A stretch of 58,318 nt of DNA from a virus (taxonomy: Duplodnaviria > Caudoviricetes): the IMG/VR virus record IMGVR_UViG_3300021373_000362, positions 1-58,318 of that record, one strand, 5' to 3'. The notes beneath the pieces were generated by a model, which did no database searches, was not told the origin of the DNA, and saw only the letters and a list, made by a program, of their open reading frames with translations. How positions within the stretch are numbered: the stretch's first letter is position 1; every line of letters begins with the position of its first letter. Below are positions 45,868 through 53,679 of this stretch, in pieces. The position numbers were made by a program, and so were the translations under genes.

Positions 45868-46169
45868 TATTTCTTTCTCCGCTTAGTAGCTGACACTCGT
45901 CTAGGCTTACCTGCTGGCTGCCCTAGTCTTTTCTTCTCCGCTACCTTCTTTGCTTTTTCGGCGCTCGACATCTCACCCGAGGTCTTGGGGGTCTTTTCCG
46001 ATACTCGTTTAGAAGGACGACAGTAAGGAGTACCTCTACCATCACCCTTCTTCCTACCACAATCCTTGCCAGTGCGTACATCTTTCCAGTCCTCTTTGAA
46101 CCAACGCTTTAATGCGGCTCCTTTGGCTGTCTTACGTATTTTGCCACCAGACTTGTAATACGTACGCAT
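45867..46169 (-). CDS. Small basic protein (100 aa)
   Basis: MRTYYKSGG; LKRWFKEDW...CGR...PYCRP...TPKT. Confidence 0.8.
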   Translation of the reverse strand: MRTYYKSGGKIRKTAKGAALKRWFKEDWKDVRTGKDCGRKKGDGRGTPYCRPSKRVSEKTPKTSGEMSSAEKAKKVAEKKRLGQPAGKPRRVSATKRRKK

Positions 46170-46348
46170 TACTTACCAGCCTTTTTCTTCCGGCATTTAG
46201 CAATAGCTCCCGACGCGTAAGCAGACGGGAACACTTTATATTGCTTCTTTACTTTGTGGTAGCACGCATCTTTAACAGTGCCCCCCTCTTTCATCTTTCG
46301 GGGCTTACTGCCGCAACCGCAATCGCTCTTCTTGTAGTAGCGTCGCAT
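46169..46348 (-). CDS. Small basic protein (59 aa), not in the ORF track
   Basis: MRRYYKKSDCGCGSKPRKMKEGGTVKDACYHKVK...PSAYASGAIAKCRKKKAGK; TAATG coupling at both ends. Confidence 0.8.
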   Translation of the reverse strand: MRRYYKKSDCGCGSKPRKMKEGGTVKDACYHKVKKQYKVFPSAYASGAIAKCRKKKAGK

Positions 46349-46623
46349 TACGCACCTTTCATCTTGACCATCTTGCAGACTCTACCGCCTCGAGCCATAC
46401 CGCAGCCGCGAACCTTACCACCAGCTTTATACTTCTTAGCCATGCCACCAGCCATCATCTTCTTGGCAGGCTTATTTTGCATAGCTTTCTTAGCTTTTTT
46501 CTCTTCAGGGCTAAGATTTAAGTTCTTCATCATAACTTCTTTTTCACGAGCAACCTGTTGCTCGGGAGTCATCTTGTCAAACTCTTCTTTAGAAGGTACT
46601 TTTGGTTTTTTCATCTTGTCCAT
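46348..46623 (-). CDS. Small basic protein (91 aa)
   Basis: Lys/Met-rich; MMAGG, YKAGG, MARGG. Confidence 0.8.
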   Translation of the reverse strand: MDKMKKPKVPSKEEFDKMTPEQQVAREKEVMMKNLNLSPEEKKAKKAMQNKPAKKMMAGGMAKKYKAGGKVRGCGMARGGRVCKMVKMKGA

Positions 46624-46628
46624 CTATA

Positions 46629-46922
46629 TCACCATTTCGATTTATCTGCCCAATATGCCGCAGACATCTTGCCTTTGGCTATATTCTTACCGTGACGGGC
46701 TTTAAAAGATTTACGTTTAGCTTTCATCTTAGCGGACTCGCCCTTCTTAGGCTTACCTGCTGTAGATGCGCCTTGCTCACCGTAACGTATTATTTTCTCT
46801 TTGCCATTCTCACATGCCTTAACTATGTGAGATTTCTTAGCGTGCGAGGGAGTCCGGCGTGGCTTATTACACGCCATAGCTTTTTTATCAACTCTGCCGC
46901 CGGACTTGTAGTACCTGCGCAT
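46629..46922 (-). CDS. Small basic protein (97 aa)
   Basis: MRRYYKSGG; IRYGEQG...RKSFKARH...SAAYWA...W. Confidence 0.8.
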   Translation of the reverse strand: MRRYYKSGGRVDKKAMACNKPRRTPSHAKKSHIVKACENGKEKIIRYGEQGASTAGKPKKGESAKMKAKRKSFKARHGKNIAKGKMSAAYWADKSKW

Positions 46923-47200
46923 TAGCTATAGAACACTGTAATAGCGGTGATATTGGTAAAGGCGGTAATGAAAACATCACTTTGAAAACGTACCCCGTAA
47001 TCGGGAATATTAACAGAGTGAGAGTCATTAGCTTCAAAATCAATATCTAGGAGAGTAGCTCCACCATCACCGTCGGTTATAGTGAGTCGCCCCGCGCCAG
47101 AGTTATTAGTCAGTACTTGTAATTGCCTTACTCGCGCTGGGCCTACACCTACCGAACCTACGCCAGCAATCCGCTTTGCGGAAACATCAGAACCAGACAT
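46922..47200 (-). CDS. Virion protein (92 aa)
   Basis: AGGAGG RBS; beta-rich; IPDYGVRF. Confidence 0.75.
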   Translation of the reverse strand: MSGSDVSAKRIAGVGSVGVGPARVRQLQVLTNNSGAGRLTITDGDGGATLLDIDFEANDSHSVNIPDYGVRFQSDVFITAFTNITAITVFYS

Positions 47201-47212
47201 AAATGCCTCCTA

Positions 47213-47422
47213 TTAGCTAAGAGCCGCGCCAATAGCAGTTACCCAAGCAGCGCCCGTGTTGATTACGATGCAGTATTCATCGTCACCAGAGCCGTTATCG
47301 CTGACCATATAAGTAGTACCTACAGCAACATCACCAAAAGCGGGAAGATTAGCAGTAGTTACAACAGGGATTTGGAAGCCGTTGTCCGAACGGACTGGGC
47401 CGGAAAAAGTGGTTTTAGCCAT
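47213..47422 (-). CDS. Small protein downstream of the capsid gene (69 aa)
   Basis: MAKTTFSGPVRS.NGF. Confidence 0.75.
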   Translation of the reverse strand: MAKTTFSGPVRSDNGFQIPVVTTANLPAFGDVAVGTTYMVSDNGSGDDEYCIVINTGAAWVTAIGAALS

Positions 47423-47510
47423 TATAAAGTTCTCACATGTGAGTTAGGGTAAATCTGTCTACATGTCGTCAGTCGGGTCTGTCAGATTTACCGGATTGTT
47501 TCCCGATATA
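47423..47510 (-). ncRNA. Pseudoknotted RNA downstream of the major capsid gene (probable Mu-gpT-DE-like motif)
   Basis: 10-bp stem GGUAAAUCUG/CAGAUUUACC whose loop can pair with 5' UCGGG and 3' ACAUGU; family match from recollection only. Confidence 0.55.
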
Positions 47511-47514
47511 TGAG

Positions 47515-47543
47515 AACATACCACAGTGTGTAGATTTACGCAA
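47515..47543 (-). promoter_or_regulatory. Sigma70-like promoter
   Basis: TTGCGT-17 bp-TATGTT with TG extension, immediately after the capsid terminator. Confidence 0.55.
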
Positions 47544-47547
47544 ACAT

Positions 47548-47571
47548 AAAAAAGGGGGCCGAAGCCCCCTT
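47548..47571 (-). terminator. Rho-independent terminator after the major capsid gene
   Basis: AAGGGGGC-TTCG-GCCCCC-TTTTTT on the minus strand. Confidence 0.92.
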
Positions 47572-47593
47572 AGTACAGCATGTTACTACGCTA

Positions 47594-48499
47594 TTAAGCG
47601 CCGGGCGATCCGTAGATGCCTAGTGGATCGGAAACACCAAATGAGTAGCGTTCACGAGCCTTGTAACGGCTGTTGCCAGTATCGAAATCAGCGTCCATAG
47701 AGGTAGCCATTGGGCTACGTACGAAGTGCTTCAGACCATTTGGCACGTCAGTCATCAAGAACCACGCGTCAGTGTCAGTCAGGTAGTGGTTGACTGCATA
47801 GCCTTGTGGTACAGCGCCGTTGTTCATAATGGCGTTGATGTCGTTGTCGGCAGTTCCTACACGACCTTCAGTCTCAAGCAAACGAGTTGCAACAAACTGC
47901 AAGGAAGGTGGGATAACTAGCTTCTTAGGCTTGGCCGCGATCAAAAGACCACGCTCGTCGGTGTAGCCAGCGATCTGAATGATAGCTGCTTCCAGAGAAG
48001 TTTCGTTAAGGTCAGCCGCAACAGTAGGACGGTTGGAGTTAGTTCCACCGCTAACCAGAGGGTGATCGGTAGCACAAAGTACTTTTCCGTCGCCGTAGGT
48101 AGTGCCAGCAAAGGCGTTGTTTAGGATGTCTGCGCCTTTAACTTGCTTGGTGTATGCCATAGCGCGAGCCAGTGCTTTGGTGTAACGAGATGACAGAGAG
48201 TCATACAAGTTATCTTCAATCGCTTCTTCAGTGATTGAGAAACCCATTGCAACAGTTTCGTGCGTGTAGCGTGCGCTCCATGCTTCTTGCGCATTATCGT
48301 ACTCGATTGCAGAACCTTCAGCTTTAGTTGGGGCAGAGCCAAAACCAGACAGCTTAGTTTCTTCTTCAAAAGAACGGTCAGAGGTTTCAGTCTCGAAAAT
48401 CTCTTTGTGCTCTTCACCATATTTTGCATACTCCAGACCAAATAGTGCGTTAAGTCCGGGTAGCAACTCTTTGAGTAATTGACTTCTTGAAATAGCCAT
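47594..48499 (-). CDS. Major capsid protein (HK97 fold, Mu gpT-like)
   Basis: MAISRSQLLKELLPGLNALFG...F.TGN.RYKARERYSFG.SD; followed by a strong terminator. Confidence 0.88.
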   Translation of the reverse strand: MAISRSQLLKELLPGLNALFGLEYAKYGEEHKEIFETETSDRSFEEETKLSGFGSAPTKAEGSAIEYDNAQEAWSARYTHETVAMGFSITEEAIEDNLYDSLSSRYTKALARAMAYTKQVKGADILNNAFAGTTYGDGKVLCATDHPLVSGGTNSNRPTVAADLNETSLEAAIIQIAGYTDERGLLIAAKPKKLVIPPSLQFVATRLLETEGRVGTADNDINAIMNNGAVPQGYAVNHYLTDTDAWFLMTDVPNGLKHFVRSPMATSMDADFDTGNSRYKARERYSFGVSDPLGIYGSPGA

Positions 48500-48503
48500 C
48501 TAG

Positions 48504-49118
48504 TTATTCTCCTACGATGCCGGTACCAAACTGGTGGTACGGTAGGTTAAATTTAACCAAGACATCAGTCTTAGCGTCGCCAATGGCAGAACCAGTTTTG
48601 GTTACAAAACCAATAACTTTGAACGCTTTAGTAGCAGTAGCAGTAGTAGCGTCCAATGCAACATTAGACTTACCAGTAGCAGTGTTTACTGAAGTAGTAG
48701 CGTTCTGTGCCGCAGCCAAAGGAGCGTTGTGTCCAAGAGCAGCCTGAGCGATAGCGCCGTCAGCTTGTACTTGGAAAGTTACGCCCGGATCAGTAACAAC
48801 ATAAGCAGTAGCGTTAGCAGTGCCTGATGGGTAGTACTGAGCAAAAATCAATTGGCCTTCAGCATTAACGTATTCACAACCAACGAACACACCTAGAGCA
48901 CCAATACTGTTGCCGCCAAGGTTGTTAGTAGTTGCGTCTGCGCCAGTGCCAGAAGCTAGTTGAACATAACCTGCATTAATCTCGACGAGAGAGCCGTAAC
49001 CGATGTTCTGAGCTACGCCAGCAGGAGTAATAAGAAAAGCATCACGGGCACCAGCATAAGGTGTACCGTCAGCTTTACGTACGGGAACAAACCCGTATGG
49101 AGAGGCTGTAGTTGCCAT
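48504..49118 (-). CDS. Putative capsid decoration / minor head protein (204 aa)
   Basis: PYGFVP...GVFVGCEY...AYVVTDP...F.VQAD; directly upstream of the capsid gene. Confidence 0.6.
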   Translation of the reverse strand: MATTASPYGFVPVRKADGTPYAGARDAFLITPAGVAQNIGYGSLVEINAGYVQLASGTGADATTNNLGGNSIGALGVFVGCEYVNAEGQLIFAQYYPSGTANATAYVVTDPGVTFQVQADGAIAQAALGHNAPLAAAQNATTSVNTATGKSNVALDATTATATKAFKVIGFVTKTGSAIGDAKTDVLVKFNLPYHQFGTGIVGE

Positions 49119-49140
49119 TTATTTCACCTATAAAATTAGT

Positions 49141-49590
49141 TTAAGTTCCGTTACCAAAGGTAACTTTTGACCTACGGTCGTTAAATAACGGCATCCGTGG
49201 GTCGTTCTCTCGCATCAGGCTGTTGTCTACAGATTGCATTTGCGCGGTACTCTGATCTTTATAGTACGTGTTGCGCTCATCAACCATTTCGACAGGAGCT
49301 TTACATAGCATTAAACCGCCGATTATCAAGTTGTCTTTGAACTTTTCGTTCTCAATAGACACAAGAGTAATCTCTGGGTGATCTGACGCTTTTACTGGCT
49401 CCCAACCTTCGCGTAGTTTTGAGGATACGTTAGTGGCATCTACATTGCCTTGCGTGCTTACACGAATCCAGCGAAATGCGTAGCCCGGCTCGGGGTTAGG
49501 AGAAGGTAATACTTCTGGTCTAGTCCAAGCCGCTTTGCGGGCCGTTTTTTCACGGGTAACTTCTTCACGTTTAATTCTGTTCTCAGCCAT
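49141..49590 (-). CDS. Conserved head-module protein (149 aa)
   Basis: GYAFRWIR...REGWEPV...GGLMLC. Confidence 0.7.
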   Translation of the reverse strand: MAENRIKREEVTREKTARKAAWTRPEVLPSPNPEPGYAFRWIRVSTQGNVDATNVSSKLREGWEPVKASDHPEITLVSIENEKFKDNLIIGGLMLCKAPVEMVDERNTYYKDQSTAQMQSVDNSLMRENDPRMPLFNDRRSKVTFGNGT

Positions 49591-50597
49591 TATACTTTCC
49601 TCATCTCTTCTGCAACCTTTTTGGCGTATAAATCTAGGGGTACTCCAAGTTTCTTAGCAATAGCCACTTGTGTTTGCGTTAGGCGCACTTTTTTAGGTGC
49701 TGTGCTCCGCGTAGCGGGTGCAACCACATTAGACTGTTTCTTACTTGGTTTCTCCTCTGATTCTTCAGTTTCCCCAAACTCTTCGGGGAAGGTATTTCGC
49801 ATACGAGAATTAATAGTCTCGTAGTATTCATCACTAGAGGTGTCCACACCTTGCTTAACCAGCTTACTGTGTACACCCATAGCATAAGCTGTCATCTCGT
49901 CATCAGAACCAAACCAAGAATTTTCATTTGCCCATTCGGCTGCTTTGGTATCTGTCTGAATTGGAGCTTCTTGCGGTATTTGTACAGGAATCTCGGTCTC
50001 TTGTAAAGACTCTGGCTCAAAATCAGTTAACTTATCGGCCTTTATCTTGGCAGTAGTTATCTTTTCTTGTGCCTCAACTAGTTTATCTGCATCTCCAGCC
50101 TCATACGCCATCTTATACGCACGTTTAGCGGAAAGCATCTCTATCGCTGAGTTCTTTTTAGCTTGCTCTAGTAAAGCTGCTTGATTCTTCTCTACGCTAC
50201 TTTTTAGCTTATTGTTCTCTTCAACAAGAGCTTTTGCGTAGTTCTCAAACTCTACTCGTTCGCGGTGAGCCGCTTCTTTAGCCCGCCGCTCGTCGTGATA
50301 CCCTTTACTAAAGTGCTGAATTCGTTTACGTACCTTGTCCGAATAGTCCTCTAGTTCCTCTTCGGTAAGGTCTTCAGGAGGTTTAGAGGCTTTACGCCCT
50401 CTATCCGCTTTCGGCGTATCATCTACAACCTCTACCTCAACTTCGGACTCTTTCTCCTGTTTAGCAGGTTTTTCTTCTTCCTCAACGGGTTCTGATTTAC
50501 CAGACAGATCAATCTCTACCGCACTAGAATCCTCTACCTCAATTACTTCTTCCTTCTCTTCATCAGGGAAGGTGTACTCAACTTTTTGAAATCCCAT
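49590..50597 (-). CDS. Putative scaffolding protein
   Basis: Acidic coiled coil; W...N.WFG; C-terminal VRLT..QVAIAKKLGV...YAK. Confidence 0.7.
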   Translation of the reverse strand: MGFQKVEYTFPDEEKEEVIEVEDSSAVEIDLSGKSEPVEEEEKPAKQEKESEVEVEVVDDTPKADRGRKASKPPEDLTEEELEDYSDKVRKRIQHFSKGYHDERRAKEAAHRERVEFENYAKALVEENNKLKSSVEKNQAALLEQAKKNSAIEMLSAKRAYKMAYEAGDADKLVEAQEKITTAKIKADKLTDFEPESLQETEIPVQIPQEAPIQTDTKAAEWANENSWFGSDDEMTAYAMGVHSKLVKQGVDTSSDEYYETINSRMRNTFPEEFGETEESEEKPSKKQSNVVAPATRSTAPKKVRLTQTQVAIAKKLGVPLDLYAKKVAEEMRKV

Positions 50598-50607
50598 TAT
50601 CTACTCC

Positions 50608-50994
50608 TCACACTCGTGTAACGCCACGAGGATCGCTTACTACTGCTTCAATTGAGTCATCGTTCATCAAACGGTACTCAACACCACCTACTTTAAAACG
50701 CGTACCAGTATTGGCACGAAACATCACATAGTCCCCTGTCTTACACCAAGGGCCAGTAGGGAAACGCTCTTTATCAGAATATGCTTGCTTACCCATATCG
50801 AGTACAACCCCGATGGTAGACATGATGTATTCTTGATGCATTTCTTTACTAGATTTGATGATGCCACTATCACCGTATGTATCTTCTACTTCCGGCATGG
50901 CTACTAAAACACGGTACCCCACGGGGGTGGGTATTTGGAGATCGAGTTCTTCATCATTCTCCGCTTCTTTAGGTACTATTGTTAAGTCAGTCAT
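50608..50994 (-). CDS. groES: GroES-like co-chaperonin
   Basis: PVGYRVLV...SGII...G.V..MG...GD.VMF....G....GG.EYRLMNDD.I.AVV. Confidence 0.82.
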   Translation of the reverse strand: MTDLTIVPKEAENDEELDLQIPTPVGYRVLVAMPEVEDTYGDSGIIKSSKEMHQEYIMSTIGVVLDMGKQAYSDKERFPTGPWCKTGDYVMFRANTGTRFKVGGVEYRLMNDDSIEAVVSDPRGVTRV

Positions 50995-51184
50995 TATCTT
51001 CTTCCATATAATTGCGCGAGAGGTCATTTACATGATTCAGACAGGAAGTGAGACCTCGTAGCATTCCTGTTATTTCTTTGTACTGAGCGAAGTCTTTAGC
51101 TCCACCATTACTTAGAAATTCTGTTGCAGAGGACATGTCATCCTCGATTTTATCTTTTAGCACGTCAAAGACGGTTTTAGCCAT
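50987..51184 (-). CDS. Hypothetical protein (65 aa)
   Basis: G.AKDFAQYKEITG...GL; between portal and GroES. Confidence 0.75.
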   Translation of the reverse strand: MAKTVFDVLKDKIEDDMSSATEFLSNGGAKDFAQYKEITGMLRGLTSCLNHVNDLSRNYMEEDND

Positions 51185-51187
51185 GAT

Positions 51188-53668
51188 TTATTCCTTACGT
51201 TTGCGTTCGACCTCGCTAGTTGCTTTCATTAAGTCAAGATCGAGTTTGGTGTTAGCTGTTCGTCTGTCGGCAGCTAGTTTAGCTCCAGCTTTCTGAGCAT
51301 CTATTTGCAACTCTTGCCTTTCTATTTCGAGTTGTTGCTGATCTACTGCTACATCAGCTTGGTCTTTTTGCATTTTACGCTGTAATTCAGCCTGCTTGAG
51401 TTGCGCATCCATCTGGTCTTTCTGAGCCTTACGCTGTACGTCTTGCTGTTTGACCTGCAACTCTGCTTGTTGTAACTGAATAACGGGGTCTTGCTGTTTT
51501 TGCTGCGCCGCTTTCTGTGCCGCTTCCTGCTGATGCTGTTGAGTAAGCTGCTTGCCACCTTCTGATATGAGTCTAGATAGCTGAACTTCGATCTCTTCAG
51601 GCAACTCTTCGTTCGGTGGTGGTAGGGCAACGCCAAGTTTCTCTTCCATCTGCTTGCGGTATCTGAACCCTAAGTGTTCTGCTATATGCGCTTGTAATGC
51701 AGCCATAATCTGCTGTGCTTGTGGATTTTGCCCGATGGTCTGCGCAATCATGGGGTCTTGCATAAACGACTGGTGTGCCGCTATATGAGCTTCATGGTCT
51801 TGAGTTAAGAACGCTTTTATGGGGGTACCTGTTAAGGCGTTCATATTTTCGCTTACGGGATCAGTAGGTTTCACGTCATCTTCCGTAGGTACTAGCTTGT
51901 CAGCGTTCTTGACGCCGAGCACTTCAATCATCTGACGATGTAATTGAGGTAGGTTGTATATCTGAGGTGCCTGTTGCGCCATCTGCAACACTGCTTGGTA
52001 CTGAACTACACGTTGCGCCATAGTAGAACTGTTAGGGTCACTAACCGGAATCACATCGACCATAGCGTAGTCAGCTTGACGTGCTGCTACTTCACCTCTA
52101 TTAGGCATGTAGTCATAATCTACCGCCGCTTCTTCTGCCATGATAGCCTTGAGCATCTTGAACTCTAACTTCATAGCATAGTGAACACGTGCCTGTACCG
52201 CAGCCATTGGCTTCAACGTACGTTCTAATAAAGCTAGCGTAGTACCCACAGGGGCATTTGCGGACATGTCTGATATGTTCATGTCACTGATAGCGCCTAG
52301 ACGACGGCCTTCAGTGGTGATCTGGTTAAGTAACGCTAGCAGAGTCTGGCTAGGCTCCTTATAAGGTAGAGGCATGATGTTTTCTTTGATGCTACCTGAT
52401 GGTACATCTACATCTTTAAATTCGCCCGGTTCTATGGGGGTGTCATCCCCCTTAATACGTAACCCACGTGACTTCAAACCGCCGGGAAGGTTAGATAAGG
52501 TACCAGCGTCCACTAATTGTCGTATAATCGACGTTCCCGCTTTAGCGTACCCCCCTACTATATGTATGAGTCCAAGGCCGTAGAAGCCAAATCCGGGCAC
52601 GTATACGTAATGTACGAAGTGTTGACGTTTTAGCGTTAAGTCATCTCCCTCGTTCCAATTACGCCGTATGGCCAGTATTTCTTCTGTACCACGCTCTATG
52701 GTGACGATGTAAGGTTTAGCTATGCCGTCCTCATCGTCTACACCTTCAATGATTATGTCGGCGTGAATCTCGTATATCGTGTATCGATCATCGTCAGTGA
52801 TGTCGTACCCGCCTTCTTCGGCTTTCTTTTCTTCGATGTCGGTGTGGAACGGGCGAGGTTCTCCTAACTCCACTCCTGCGTAGAAGCCACTTACTTGCAA
52901 CTTCATAACTTCGTTCTTGGTTTTACGCATTACGTGAGTGACGCGTTCAGCAGATTCTATGTTGGATGCGCCATAAGGCACTATAACGTCTTCTGCTGGA
53001 ATGTATATGGCAGCCTGTCTACCCATATTGGGGTCGAAGTAAACCTTCTTAAACGCCGATCCTGCAAGTCCTAGACTATATAGCATTCTTTCGTGTTCTG
53101 GACGGTACTCCACCATGTTCTCTGTAAGCTCATAGTTCATGTCCGCTTTTACACGTTCTGCTGCTTCTAACTTCTCTTTAGTCTCTTTACCTAGAACTTT
53201 TACCTTTACTGGCCCTTGCGCGGGAAAAGTCTCGCTCATGGTCTCCGCTTGGAACCGGATAGCTGCCTCGGCTAGAACTGTAGAGTTAACGCCACACGCG
53301 CCCTGCCAAGGAGTCGTACGCTCTTCGTACTTAAACCCTAGAATGTCTAGCCCTTTAACGTAGGTATCTGCCCAATCTTTACGGCTGTCCACGTCTGCGT
53401 CAACCATACCTATTAACTCACCTGATAACTCGTTTAAGAGTCCTTCGTCAAGTGCGTCCACCAAATTAGCGTCAAACGCCATTAAGTCGGTCTCGTTAGC
53501 GTCGGGAATCAGGGTGATCTCCATACTACCATCGGATAGGGTTACCATCTCAGGATCAACTATCTCAATAGACAAGTCCGCTTCCATGTCCGCTTTCATG
53601 TCTACTTCTTCTACTTCTACGTCTTCTATGCCTTCTGGTGCGGCGTAGATACCTTTCTCAATTGCCAT
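51188..53668 (-). CDS. Portal protein (826 aa)
   Basis: Follows terL; GSAFKKVYFD; long Gln-rich C-terminal coiled coil like the P22 portal barrel. Confidence 0.88.
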   Translation of the reverse strand: MAIEKGIYAAPEGIEDVEVEEVDMKADMEADLSIEIVDPEMVTLSDGSMEITLIPDANETDLMAFDANLVDALDEGLLNELSGELIGMVDADVDSRKDWADTYVKGLDILGFKYEERTTPWQGACGVNSTVLAEAAIRFQAETMSETFPAQGPVKVKVLGKETKEKLEAAERVKADMNYELTENMVEYRPEHERMLYSLGLAGSAFKKVYFDPNMGRQAAIYIPAEDVIVPYGASNIESAERVTHVMRKTKNEVMKLQVSGFYAGVELGEPRPFHTDIEEKKAEEGGYDITDDDRYTIYEIHADIIIEGVDDEDGIAKPYIVTIERGTEEILAIRRNWNEGDDLTLKRQHFVHYVYVPGFGFYGLGLIHIVGGYAKAGTSIIRQLVDAGTLSNLPGGLKSRGLRIKGDDTPIEPGEFKDVDVPSGSIKENIMPLPYKEPSQTLLALLNQITTEGRRLGAISDMNISDMSANAPVGTTLALLERTLKPMAAVQARVHYAMKLEFKMLKAIMAEEAAVDYDYMPNRGEVAARQADYAMVDVIPVSDPNSSTMAQRVVQYQAVLQMAQQAPQIYNLPQLHRQMIEVLGVKNADKLVPTEDDVKPTDPVSENMNALTGTPIKAFLTQDHEAHIAAHQSFMQDPMIAQTIGQNPQAQQIMAALQAHIAEHLGFRYRKQMEEKLGVALPPPNEELPEEIEVQLSRLISEGGKQLTQQHQQEAAQKAAQQKQQDPVIQLQQAELQVKQQDVQRKAQKDQMDAQLKQAELQRKMQKDQADVAVDQQQLEIERQELQIDAQKAGAKLAADRRTANTKLDLDLMKATSEVERKRKE

Positions 53669-53679
53669 TCTGTAACCTC

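Noticed and set aside
47455-47505. Hammerhead ribozyme (CUGACGA present on the minus strand)
   Set aside because: I could not build the three stems with a correctly placed GAAA and cleavage triplet
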